A stretch of 64,000 bases of DNA from Podarcis erhardii (lineage: Eukaryota): the NCBI GenBank assembly GCA_964252035.1, contig OZ176204.1; one strand, written 5' to 3'. Below the pieces are notes generated by a model that saw only the letters and a list, made by a program, of their open reading frames with translations, did no database searches and had not been told where the DNA came from. The first letter of the stretch is position 1, and every line of letters starts with the position of its first letter. The position numbers were made by a program, and so were the translations under genes. Shown piece by piece: positions 36,150 through 47,918 of this stretch.

Positions 36150-36351
36150 TATTAGTCAGCCTTTAGGCCTGACCTGGTTGTCGATGAGGAGGCTGATCTG
36201 GTCTGTATTACTGAGTTTTGGGCAGCTGAACAGGGTGGAGTTGGTCTCACGCAGCTGTACCCACCTGGTGGAGCACCAGGGCAGACTTGAAGGCTGGGGA
36301 GGGGGAGTTGCTGTGGTCTATAGAAATTCTCTCTCTCCAGGCTCTCTGCCC
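36150..36351 (+). mobile_element. L2-type ORF2 N-terminal AP-endonuclease fragment
   Basis: Translation VVDEEADLVCITEFW...PPG, then (frameshift) QGRLEGWGGGVAVVYRNS; truncated by the N gap. Confidence 0.75.
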
Positions 36352-36496
36352 NNNNNNNNNNNNNNNNNNNNNNNNNNNNNNNNNNNNNNNNNNNNNNNNN
36401 NNNNNNNNNNNNNNNNNNNNNNNNNNNNNNNNNNNNNNNNNNNNNNNNNNNNNNNNNNNNNNNNNNNNNNNNNNNNNNNNNNNNNNNNNNNNNNNN
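36352..36496. other. Assembly gap (145 N)
   Basis: Directly visible. Confidence 0.99.
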
Positions 36497-36586
36497 TCTG
36501 TATATTGTAAACAGCTCTGTGATCTTCAGATGAAGGGTGGTATAGAATGAATGAGTGAATGAATGAATGAATGAATGAATGAATAA
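36497..36586 (+). mobile_element. L2 3' terminus with (GAAT)n tail
   Basis: TGTAAACAGCTCTGTGATCTTCAGATGAAGGGTGGTATAGAATGAATGA...; similar termini occur near 40160-40210 and 62695-62745. Confidence 0.7.
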
Positions 36587-37272
36587 AGATAATGCAAGTC
36601 TTGTGCTGCCAGAATGGTTGAAGGTAGTTTGAATGGATCAGGTGACAGGTCTGATATATGTTCAAGAGGTGAAGATAAACTGTCATGAATTATTAAACAG
36701 ATGGGCACCTTCTGTCAAATATAAAATATCATGCTTATTTCAAGTATCTGTCTTTAGAGATGTACTTTTTTTTGTCTGATAACAATGAGACTGATATTTA
36801 TGTTAAGTTTATCTTTTATACTTATCATGGATTATATTTTTGCAGGGTTCTGTATATGCATTTATAAACAGAAGTTTTAAAATACTGACCTACCTTGCAG
36901 GCTTCTTGTTAACAATCATATAACATAATTCATGAGAAGGGCTTTGAACACCGAGTTACTGACTAAATAGAGGCTCACCCCCTGTATTTGACATCTCTGT
37001 CTCAGTTTCAATGCTATTCATTGCCTCTGGAGAAAATCAAAAGGTTGACTTGACTCTGTTTATTTTTAATTTATTCTTTCCCCTTATGTCCCTAACCTGA
37101 CTAAACACCGCTATTAATATATATGCCAACTGAGTGAGAGCAACAGAAACTTCTCTTTTCAGAAGCTCTTTTAAATAACTCTTTTAAATGATCTGAAACA
37201 GATACCATTGTTTTCTTGCAAAACAAATGTATTGTAAAGAGTTAAATGTGTATCGCTTGTACTGAGACATAC

Positions 37273-37392
37273 CTAGCGGAATGCTGAGCTCCGTAAACAC
37301 ATCTTCTTGTTCCCATGATGGTGAAAAGTAAGATCTTTTGGATTCTACTTCTGGGAAGTCAGTAGTTTTCATTTCCTGATACCTACAATTTG
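37273..37392 (-). CDS. RBM20: RBM20 exon 12 ([40 protein letters not shown])
   Basis: 120 nt, phase 1/1 using acceptor gcttttgctttcaaag; donor CTAG|gtatgt. The acceptor was chosen because it is the only nearby in-phase AG. Confidence 0.88.
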
Positions 37393-38465
37393 CTTTGAAA
37401 GCAAAAGCATACTGAGTAAAATCAGTTCCGTGCAATATTTATAACCTGAACCCAACATATTTTCTAGATCAATCCAGTGTTGCTTCTACACTAAATATCC
37501 CCCCCCCCAAATCAAGTTTTAAAGAGAATTCAGATGACATGGTTGACATACATTGGATTCCAGTGTTTTTTGAGAGGTACAATGTATATACATATCCTCT
37601 CTTGTTTCAGACCTCAATAAGGAATAGCTATAATTTTTAGGTGAACAGATGGCAACTCTAGGCTTTAGAAGTTGGCAAGCTCTTTGAGGTTTGAAGATCT
37701 GTCAGAAGGACTCCTACAATCTGAGCCTCGGTTATTGAGAAGAGAAACATGATAGTTTGCCAAAAGTAACAGGTTGTTTTGTGCTGTGCCTGTATGGGAC
37801 ACATCTGAATTCAAATTGTCACAAAGATCAGCTAGATAAAGATATTTGAAGTTAGCTGTGTCTTGAGGCTATACAACATCTGAACCACAACCCCACTGTC
37901 TGAATACCAGTTACAGCCATGGCCTTTGACTAGAACAATAAATTCTGAACTATTAACATAAATCATGAACAAAGAAACATATGGGTAACAAAAACAAATC
38001 AGGAAAAATAAATTATTATGCTCTGGCATGAAAAAATAATGAAATGTGGCAATCCCAAAAGCCATTTCATGCCAAATTAATCTTTTAAAGATATCTAAGG
38101 AATATTTTTTTATCAACCAGACATAAATAATTTAGTTGTTGACCTGGTCTTCCCATTAACAATTCTAAGTAATTTAAGCTGGATGCTCCAAAGGTTCAGC
38201 TCAACTTGTATGAACCCAGAAGTGACCATAATAACGGATGTCTCTTCCAGAACACTTGCTTGATACATATCTAATTTCCTTGACACCATCTGAATAAGAA
38301 CCTTAATTTTGACAGTCCTGTTCTTCAACTGAGTTTCTTCCTAGGAAAATCACAACGCTTTGAACAATGTTTACTCTTAATGACAAAATAACTAAAAACG
38401 CTGAACAGAAAAAGGACAACAAAACTAATCTAGCAAAGGGAGAGAAGGAAAAATATACTAGTTAC

Positions 38466-39102
38466 CCGGTGCCTTTTGATGTTCCTGACTTCCACAGCTT
38501 GTTTCCTCCTGGGAGTTTTTTACCAGCATTTCCATAGCTTTTCTACTCTCGCTTTCTAATGATTCCATTGCTTTATCATCACCTACGAGTGTGTCATTCG
38601 GCTGGAAGAGCTCTTCTTTTGGAGGATCAGAAGATACACACTGCTCTTCCATCCTTAAATGAATGTTAGTGCTTTCTTTTATTTTTCTTTGCTTATCATG
38701 GTAATCAGAATCCCTTAGAGGTCTGTCTTCTTGCAATTCATCTGGCTTCTGCTCAGTGTCCAGATTTAGATGTGGTGCTTTATCAGCTGCATTATCACCT
38801 TCAGAGCCAGGGAGATCCCCTGCGTTTTCCTCTTCTGACCCTAAGCTTGATTCCATTGCGTTTGATTTGTCTTCACTTCCACTTAATAAGCTGTGCTCAT
38901 TCTTCACCTGTAATCCAGCAGCTAAAGAACTCACTAAAGGACATTCTTGGTCTTTCTGACCTACTGTTACTATTTCTTCAAGTTCAGTTATATCCGGTTC
39001 CATTATAAGGTCGTCTTCTCCCACCTCATCTACAGTTACTAGCTCTTCCATATTAGTTGGATACCAGGTCTCAGCTTCCATCTCACTTCCGCTCTCCCAG
39101 TC
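38466..39102 (-). CDS. RBM20: RBM20 exon 11 (DWESGSEMEAETWYPTNMEELVTVDEVGE...; glutamate-rich region)
   Basis: 637 nt open frame; ctttgttacag acceptor and CCGG|gtaact donor. Confidence 0.93.
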
Positions 39103-39249
39103 CTGTAACAAAGATGTATATCCCATTGTGAATATGTCAATAAAGAGGATATTATTGGAGGTCCAGTTCAGATGCAACAACACACCATGGTTCATTATTT
39201 TAATAATGAGTCACAGCAAGACACAGGCTAACATGTTCCCTCTCCCCCC

Positions 39250-39250
<1 letters not shown>

Positions 39251-39285
<35 letters not shown>
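39251..39285. repeat. (GTT)n microsatellite
   Basis: Directly visible. Confidence 0.95.
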
Positions 39286-39889
39286 GCACATTTGGAGTTT
39301 GAAAACTTCTGCTTCCCCCTTTTTTAAAATACTGTTTTTATTTATTTTCATGATACAGAATATACATTTTGAGAAAACAATTCTTATAACAGTAAAGAAC
39401 AAGTAACTTGTCCTGATAAAATTATGGACTTTTATCATGCCATGTGTTAAGGTTTCATTTGATTGCTCTAAGAGATAACACCACATTTTCCCATGAGTGC
39501 TAGGTGGATTCCTGCCACAGTCTGAACAATCTATTCTAGATCCTTTTGTATTTGGGTTTGTAGACCAAGATGATTACCATATACAGGTCCTGCACATTCC
39601 ACTAATACTAAGGCCCAGGTATTTTTCTCTCTTGGCACCAGCAGTTGTTTTTAATCCAATTTCTCAACTCTATTATAACCTCCTCCAGATTCCATGCCTG
39701 TGCATAACATTTGGCTTAGTCAATTTTATAGCCTGCCACTCCTGGTATATCACAACAATGAGGAACCGCAGGTGAGGCTGTTCCATTAGGCCAAGCGGGG
39801 AACTGCCCCATTATCCACAGTCTGCCCCACCTGTTTGCTTATTTACAACCAGTCCAGGGGATGCACTGTGTGTTACCTTCTTCTTAGTG

Positions 39890-40215
39890 TCTCAGCGTTG
39901 CCCTTGTAGATGAAGATGGTCTGGAGAGTGGCCACACGAGAAAAGGCCTTTTCTGTGGTGGCTCCTCATTTGTGGAATGCTCTCTCCAGGGAGACTCTCC
40001 TGGCATCTTCATTACATATCTTTAGGCACCAGGTAAAAACATTCTTCTTCATCTGTGCCTTTGTCTGATTAATCCATCTATGGCCTTTAAAATATGTTGG
40101 GGGGTATTGTTTTTGTTTGTTTGTTTTGTTATTATTTTATATCTTTTGTGTTTTTATACTGTAAAGCACGCTGATCTTAGGTGGAAGGGTGGTATATAAA
40201 TTTAATAAATAACAA
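39890..40215 (+). mobile_element. Degraded L2 3' fragment
   Basis: GGCCTTTTCTGTGGTGGCTCCTCATTTGTGGAATGCTCTC (AFSVVAPHLWNAL), homologous to the 3' end of the 7250-8441 element. Confidence 0.75.
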
Positions 40216-41339
40216 CAAAGGGATTCAAAGTAGAATTAGTTGGCTCTGCCCCTCACTGGTTCCAGCTCTGCCCCTCATTGGCTTTTCCTACTCTCAGCCT
40301 CCCTGCTTTCCGCCCTACCAGTCCCAATGTGAATCAGCCAGCACTGAAGAATCTGTATGGTTTTCACTAGCACCCTATCATTTATGATAAAACAGGCTGG
40401 CAGAAATGCTAGGAATTTTTAGATGGATGATGATTCAAACTTGAAAAAAGATTTTGATATCAGCCAGAGGAACGTTTTGCCTAACAACTTTTGCTTCTGT
40501 TCAAAAGGCTGCATATGGCGCACATCAGCTGTTAGAATCCTTATGTGTGCCCAATGCAGTGTGCTTATGGCTCTGCTGTTATAGTCCCATTTGAACTTTT
40601 GACCTTACTATTTTTCAATGTTATGACAATTTTTGTCATATGCCTTGGGAGGAGCAATTGTAAAGGGTTGGGGGAAGGAGACTTCCAAAAATATAAAAGC
40701 TAAGCCTATTTGTTTCTCTCCTGTTTGCTCTATTAAACCTATCCTTCTAGTGTCCTAGAAAGGCGCGGAGGGCAGATACTCTTGGGAGATCAGTTTCCTG
40801 CTGCTATAGATACTGCTAGCTTTCACATCTGATGATCAGCTCATGACCCTAAAGATATGATGCTGGAAAACATCCAAGGACATTGGCCTATGTTTCTTCA
40901 GAGCTGGACTTTTCACTTATGAATCCTTTCAATAAGTTCTCACTTTAACTTTATTTAATTTGCTCCTGCTCAAAGTGACAAGTTGGCCTAATGCTTGGAT
41001 TTAATTTTTAAAACTCTATAGCTTTTCAAAGACGCCAAATTTTTGAAAGCCAGTGCCAAGTATTCAAAGCAATCTAAGTATGTAGAGAACAACTAAAAAA
41101 AGAGTCTGAGGATCTGTCCAAAGAAGCAAAGGTCATGATGACATAATTTGTAAAGCCTTTGGGTGAAATCCAGTAGTGTCCTTCTACAAGCAGAATACAC
41201 ACCATTGGAGCAATGGATCTTCGCCCCTGCAGCATCCCACATACTCCCATAAAATGATGCAGAGGTTTGGGGTACTTTCTGGAGCAGATTTGGATGTGGA
41301 GAGTTATGGGAGGAAGAGATGGAAGGGAAGTCCTCCTCA

Positions 41340-41450
41340 CACAACAATGAGTGTCATCCCCACACCCAAATACTTTTGGAAGTGCCCTTCCAGACCCAAT
41401 TCAAAGTGCTGCTTATTGCCCTTAAAATCCTAAACAGCTTGGGTTCTCTG
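41340..41450 (+). mobile_element. Degraded L2 ORF2 fragment
   Basis: CAATTCAAAGTGCTG...CTTAAAATCCTAAACAGCTTGGG resembles the AQFKVLVLTFKALNGLG segment. Confidence 0.5.
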
Positions 41451-42152
41451 TGCGATACAGAGAGCCGCCTTCTGCATTAACTTCTTTTCAGTAAAAGTTA
41501 GAATTTGCTCCCCAGATTGTAATTGCATTTCTGGCTTTTAGGGGTCACACAAAAACTTAACTATTTACAAAAATTAATTAATCAAATAAATCTGGTGGCT
41601 GTTTTTTTAAAAATTAATATAACCGTACTGGCTATTGCTATTCTTAATAGACCACCCTTCCTCATGATGGAGCCCAGGGCAGTCATCAATATAATAAAAA
41701 GCACAGCAATTGTACACAATAATTTAAAACATTTAAAAACAGCATGATTAAAATTATAACTTTACACAGCAGCAAAGTAATACAAGACCCATACAAAACA
41801 TATGTACCCAAAGTCTGGATGAACAAAAACATTTTCAGCTAAAATCTGAAATTTGACAGTATTAGATATGATCACACTTCCCTAGTGGGGGAAAATATCC
41901 TACTGTTGAGGTGCTGCCACTGTGAAGATCCTGTTTTAAAGCGACACACCAGAGGCCATGCTCATGAATGTGTTGACTTCCTGAAGATTTGTGCCTTCAT
42001 TGTGCTATGTGTTTCTATCTGATTTTAGTGTTGTTTGTATTTTTCATGGTTTTGATTATATATTGAATATCTGGCAGCCAAGTGACTCAAGAAATTTTCA
42101 AACAAACAAATTTTACATCTGATATCAAGGCCCATGAACATATAAATCTCAC

Positions 42153-42248
42153 CTTTTCTTTTCTTGAGTTTTCCATAGGATCTTCTGCTTCTTTCATCTG
42201 CTTATTTGCGGGAAAGGGTATCTCCATATTAGAATATTTTTTTTTAAC
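42153..42248 (-). CDS. RBM20: RBM20 exon 10 (VKKKYSNMEIPFPANKQMKEAEDPMENSRKEK)
   Basis: 96 nt, phase 0/0, tctctgtcttag acceptor and AAG|gtgaga donor; only weakly similar to the mammalian exon; fills the expected position. Confidence 0.8.
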
Positions 42249-43749
42249 CTAAGACAGAGATTGTCTATGGGTGAAGACAGATGTAATATAAAAAGTGAAC
42301 TTACATTGCATCCCTTATTCATGATGTGAGCCCTCTTCCTCCCGCCTTCACAATTTGAGGGATGGATGGTACATACCAGAAAATCAAATGCTGATTTAGT
42401 GGAGGCCTCATCCACACTTCCACTTGTCCTGTGCCTAGAAAGCATGGGTCTTGGCAATATTCTGCTTGACTCATGCTTTCTAGGCATGGGTCTGAGCAAT
42501 TTTCCCCTTGCCCTACTGCTTTCCCAGGGAAAATCTGCTCTTGAGTTCTAAATAAGAACAAACGGGAATGTGCAGAAAACCCAATTGTCACTTGCTCCAA
42601 CTGAGTTCTAAAGAGCAGTTTTCCCTGGGGGAAAGCAGTGGAACAAGAGGAAGTGTGGATAAGCTCTTAGTATTGCCCTTTCTCCCAGGTTATCAGATGG
42701 GTTACCTGGTTTTGTTTTGCTTTTTTAGAATTAGAGAGCTGCAAGTCCATCTATCAATCCATTCATTGTGTTATTTGAACACAAATTATAAACTACTCTG
42801 GGTGTTTGACAGCAGGAAGCTTTATTGATAATATGATGAGATGCCACTCAACCAGTGCTGGACACAGCCAGATTTTTCTGCAAGCCTAGAGAACCCCTGT
42901 TTTTTCAGAGCTAGACCCCTGGAGAAGATTACTACATTCGGATTTAACACAGCGCTTCCAGATTCAACTTGCTTGCTGCTGTAAAACTGTTTTGTCTGTC
43001 TTCGCCTATTTTTATTTTTTTTATTTTTACTGCACTCTGCAATCCTCCCCTCCCCTCCCCACCTCTTTGTGAACTTAAGCTGATCTTAGGTTCCCAGCTA
43101 CAAAGGGCAAAATAATAATGCTGAATACTGGAGTTATCAGAAGATCCAGACAAGTCCATTCACTGTAAAATTGTACTGTAGGAATGCACGTTCTTAACGT
43201 GTACAAATTAAGGTAAGTATTTGCTATTTTAAAATGTCACAAAATCAGTGAATTACCTTCCACATTATGACAGTTATGAAATAAAAATGAATGTGATCCA
43301 GTTCTCAGGACAGTAATTATAATGGGAAATATTGTAAAAGTAATTTGATTATAATTAACAGTAAGTCATTTCTCAGCATAATTAATGATACACTGGGCAG
43401 GGATATAGAGCTGTACTGAACATTGCAGTAAATAGTTTATGCAAATTTTATCAAATGTGACTGCCGTTCCATAGTGATAATCTGCACCAGGAATTCTAAA
43501 TTAAACTGTTGCAATATGTTTTTGGGGTATCTTTTTCTATTCTATTCCATTGGAAACTTTAGTTTGTATGTCCTTATGATTTTACTTAACAACAACATTT
43601 GCTCCTAATTTCAAATCCCTTAATTAACAAATAAACAACACACAAATTCTTAAATAGTCAGTTCCGTTGAGGTTGTTCACTGGCAGAATGACAAAGTGGT
43701 GACATATAATCAACACAACAAATACACACACACACAAATAATATATCAT

Positions 43750-43794
43750 CATATCATATCATATCATATCATATCATATCATATCATATCATAT
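43750..43794. repeat. (CATAT)9 pentanucleotide repeat
   Basis: Directly visible in RBM20 intron 9. Confidence 0.95.
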
Positions 43795-44006
43795 GCACTA
43801 GGAGGTGATGCCTGCAACATGGGGGGGAGGGGTTATTTAATCTGATTTGTAGAAATAAGCAAGGAGAGACAGTGTTGATGGGAGTCTAATTTACATCTGT
43901 GCATGTTCATTCTGTAAATTCACACCAAGTTATTTTTTAGAAGAGGTACTTTTAATTACAGTGTGTCTCATAAAATTTTCCAATAGTAACTTAAATCACT
44001 TATTAC

Positions 44007-44703
44007 CTCATTTTCAGTTCCTGCCCTTGTCTTCACATTAACTCTTTCAGCCTCATCAGGTACTTCTTCCTCTGACTTTTTATCAGAATCCTTGAATTTT
44101 TCCTTATCACTTTGCTTTTGTTTGATACTGTCAGGGACCTTGTTGGGTTTCTGTTCTAATTTTTCTTCTCTTGTTGGATCTTCACAGTGAGAATGCTTCT
44201 GTTCTTTCAATCTTGCTTCTTCCTTCCTTTTACACTTTGGAGCTGTATCCAGTGTCTGTTTTGAATACTTATCGGATTTTTGCTTTGTTGGTTTCCTATA
44301 ATAGTCTTCTTCTCTGTTCTTATATCCAGGCAAACCATGAATCCCCTTTGCACTTGGTGACACCCCTCTTAAATATTTTTCTCTGTAGCTTCTGGTTCCT
44401 TCAGAACGTTCTTCCGAGTCTAGTTTATCCAAATGGCGCACATAATGTTTTCTCTCATGCACCCATGTGTCAGTTCTATCTCTTTTCTCTTCCCCATTCT
44501 CTCTCCAGGGCATTGAGTCTCTTTCTTCCTCCCTTCGGGAATATGAAGACTGATCCCATTGCTCTCTTCCATTTCCCCAGTCTGTCCAGTTTGTGCTCAG
44601 CGGACTATGTGGGGAACTGCAGGAAGTAAAGCTTGGAGTGTGTGATCTCGGGGAAAGAGAACGGCTTATAGGGCTGCGAGACCGAGGCCTTTCAGGTCCA
44701 TAT
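44007..44703 (-). CDS. RBM20: RBM20 exon 9 (YGPERPRSRSPISRSLSPRSHTPSFTSCSS...; RS domain with RSRSP)
   Basis: 697 nt open frame; ttttctttgtgttatag acceptor and GAG|gtaata donor; RSRSP at 44684-44670. Confidence 0.97.
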
Positions 44704-45210
44704 CTATAACACAAAGAAAAAGAAGGATGCTACTTATTATTCTTATCGTTGTTTTATAATAGTTTTATAATATTTTATACCACTTTTCAATCACAAGACA
44801 GAAACACCAAAGCAGTTCATACCATCGTAAAACATTACACTATCCAGTAACAATCTTAAGGACATTAAGATTTGTTCACATAACCAAACAATCTGATGAT
44901 TTTGAACTGAATGCATATCCAGCCATCTACATATATTAGCTCTAGAGAATGACTAAAATACCTTAACTACAAGTACCTTAACTACAAGTAAAAAGATAAT
45001 TTATGAGTTCATCTACTAGTTTTTTTCTTAACTACAGACAACAATAAACAGGAAACAATAGAAAGTGGATTAATATTTTATTTAAAACTGGTATTTCACA
45101 GTGTCTGTGCATTTGGCATTTTCTTCTTGAAAATTTCAGAAACACGTTGTAGTTTGTGCTCAGCAGATTTTACTGACAATGTCAGTATTTCAGCATGCAT
45201 TTTCTTAACA

Positions 45211-45435
45211 CAGTGGTACCTCAGGTTACAAACGCTTCAAGTAACAAACTCAGCTAACCCAGAAGTAGTACCTCGGATTGCGAACTTTGCCCCAGGATAA
45301 GAATGGAAATCACGCGCCAGTGGCGCAGCAGCAGCAGGACACCCCATTAGTGAAAGCACTCCTCAGGTTAAGAACGGTTTCAGGTTAAGAAAGGACCTCC
45401 AGAATGAATTAAGTTCGTAACCCGAGGTATCGCTG
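45211..45435. mobile_element. 225-bp Tc1/pogo-type MITE
   Basis: TIRs CAGTGGTACCTCAGGTTAC / GTAACCCGAGGTATCGCTG; TA on the right, CA on the left. Confidence 0.82.
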
Positions 45436-45647
45436 TATAGCAAACAATTTTTAAGTCTCTTAACTTTTCAAAAAACACATTTCAAATCAAAAAAGTAAAA
45501 GCTGTTGTTCCTAGCTTTAGACTTGCAGAAATGTCTCCTGTCTGCCTATTTTTGTATTATTCAAAAGCATCTTCTATAAAGTTCTATAAAGTTCTATAAA
45601 GCAATCTCAGCGTCTTTCTGCCATCAACTGTTAACATTGTGTAATAC

Positions 45648-45727
45648 CTGTCTGTCTCCCGCAACATGTCCCGCTCCCTCTGAGAATGGATGTCTTGGAT
45701 TATTGCTGCCACATTCTTACCTGGTTT
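45648..45727 (-). CDS. RBM20: RBM20 exon 8 ([27 protein letters not shown])
   Basis: 80 nt, ttggcttag acceptor and CAG|gtatta donor. Confidence 0.96.
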
Positions 45728-47028
45728 CTAAGCCAAATATAAACATACAGATTAATAATTGTAAATAAGCTTCACACTTCAAGCTATTTAAAGAGAAGCA
45801 CTGGTATGAATATTTTCAATTATTTTATTATGCTTACTTTGCAGAATGCTATGACTTAGTTTCTTACTGTTGAATAAGAGAAAACTAATCAACTAAAAAC
45901 AATTATTCAATTGGCAAGAAACCATTTGGTTAAAGAAGTTGCTAAGGACAGTACAAGATGGTGGTGAAGGCAGCAGCATAATACCTGACATTGCATCAGT
46001 CATGCTGCTGCTGCAGACCAGGAGGCAGAGGAGAAGGAGCAAAGAGGGCACAGTGCATTTGCAGTACACCAACCTTGCCCCTCCTGGTAAGCAGGAGTGA
46101 TACGGTTGCAGGTCAAGCAAGTCTGCTGCCCCACCATAGCATCCATTGCTGGCTAGTGGCTTTACATTTCCACTCAAACTGCTGAGAAATTACAGCTATT
46201 AAGAGCCCTAATAGACACATTATTTAGACAATAATTATATGGTATAGTATCTCATCCTGTGGTTAGTTCTGGACAGGGCTTTTTTTCTATAGAAAGAGGT
46301 GCCAGAACTTGTTGACCTTTTTTTTAGGGGGAGCACCCACCCCAAGTTGTTGACCTGAGTGCTGTGCCGACCTCTGCCTCTGTCGGCAGCACCACACTAC
46401 AGAGGTTCCAGAACACACAAAAGAAGAAGTCCCAGATTTGTCTGTTCGCTGGAACAGACACATGGAGCCTACAGAACTGAAGCAGCCATGCAGCTGAAGC
46501 TACCATTCCACATTACAAGTACCAAACTGATCATCTTCACTTGGCATTTATTCTTACCCACCCAACATTCCATTCAGCCCACACTCACTCCTTTCACAGC
46601 AGCTTCATACGGAGCACATGCGGACGACATACTTATGAGAGCCCACTGACTAACACTGGCTACAAAAATGCCTTTTTAATAAAAACGACAAACATGTCAC
46701 ACAACTCATCAGCAATGGCACAAGCTACACGTTTCCGTTGATGTATTGTTTACAGAAAAGCCCCATAGATAAAGTTTTGCTGAAATCTTCTCTACACAGG
46801 AGTTTATTACCAAGAGTGATTAACTATCAATCCCAATTCCCAGGGAACACAGGGTATGTGAGGGCAATAGGGGTCTTCTAACAACTCTCAGCACTCTTAA
46901 CAATCTACTGTTCCCAAGGATTCTTTGCAGGGAACCATGACTGTTTAAAATACTATGATAGCTCTTTAAATGTATAGACAGTGCAGATGGAGTCTATGGG
47001 AGAAATCAGGGGTCTTATTTGTCCAATA

Positions 47029-47336
47029 TCGGACTTGCCGATCGCATGGTCGGTGGTTCGAATCCACGCTCCCGTTGCTTGGTCCCAGCGCCTGCCAACC
47101 TAGCAGTTCGAAAGCACCCCGGGTGCAAGTAGATAAATAGGGACCGCTTACTAGCAGGAAGGTAAATGGCGTTTCCGTGTGCTGCGCTGGCTCACCAGAG
47201 CAGCTTCGTCACGCTGGCCACGTGACCTGGAAGTGTCTGCGGACAGCGCTGGCTCCCGGCCTCTAGAGTGAGATGAGCACACAACCCTAGAGTCTGTCAA
47301 GACTGGCCCGTACGGCCAGGGGTACCTTTACCTTTA
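47029..47336 (+). mobile_element. Sauria-type SINE with 15-bp TSD
   Basis: B-box GGTTCGAATCC, body CACGTGACCTGGAAGTGTC, (ACCTTT)n tail; TSD CTTATTTGTCCAATA at 47014-47028 and 47337-47351. Confidence 0.92.
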
Positions 47337-47555
47337 CTTATTTGTCCAATACTTTAGTCTTATACTCAGTCTAAGCAGAAAAGGCAGGCTTGTCCAATAA
47401 ATGATACCACAGGTATATAAACAATGACGTGGTGAAGGGGAAAACTGTAGAAAAAAATTTATGAAAGCTTATCTGAAAACAACATACTAGCAATGAAAGA
47501 AGTTGAACAACTAACACCAAAATTCACAGAAAGACAGGATAACTAATTTATTTAC

Positions 47556-47687
47556 CTTCAACTGAAGTTCTCTGTATCTTTTAGACATTCTAATGAGCAA
47601 TTTGTCATCGTTTATCATTGCAGGTTTTTCTTTGTAGTACTGCACCATAGCCTGAGCTGCCTCAGTGTAGGCCATTTCTAGAAAAGC
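47556..47687 (-). CDS. RBM20: RBM20 exon 7 ([44 protein letters not shown]; RRM second half)
   Basis: 132 nt, ataacag acceptor and AAG|gtaaat donor. Confidence 0.97.
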
Positions 47688-47856
47688 CTGTTATAATACA
47701 GAAACTGTATTAGTAAAAAAAGAAAAACATGACAAAAACTGCATCTTCATAGTATATTAAAGTGAAGATCATTAGAATAAATAGAAAGATTATCTTAATA
47801 TATTGTGCTATTTATGTGTTGATAAGTAGACACACTTATTTCTCTACTAATCAAGA

Positions 47857-47860
<4 letters not shown>

Positions 47861-47901
<41 letters not shown>

Positions 47902-47918
47902 ACACACACACACACACA
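47861..47918. repeat. Compound (TG)19-TA-(CA)9 microsatellite
   Basis: Directly visible; 47881-47918 is a perfect 38-nt palindrome. Confidence 0.95.

Noticed and set aside
38458-39195. ORF-track entries 38458-39195, 43968-44714 and 55509-56690 as single-exon genes
   Set aside because: They are RBM20 exons 11, 9 and 2 extended into flanking intron; the listed starts and stops are intronic.
45572-45601. TTCTATAAAG x3, and the TACCTTAACTACAAG x2 duplication near 44960-44990
   Set aside because: Ordinary short slippage duplications with no sign of function.
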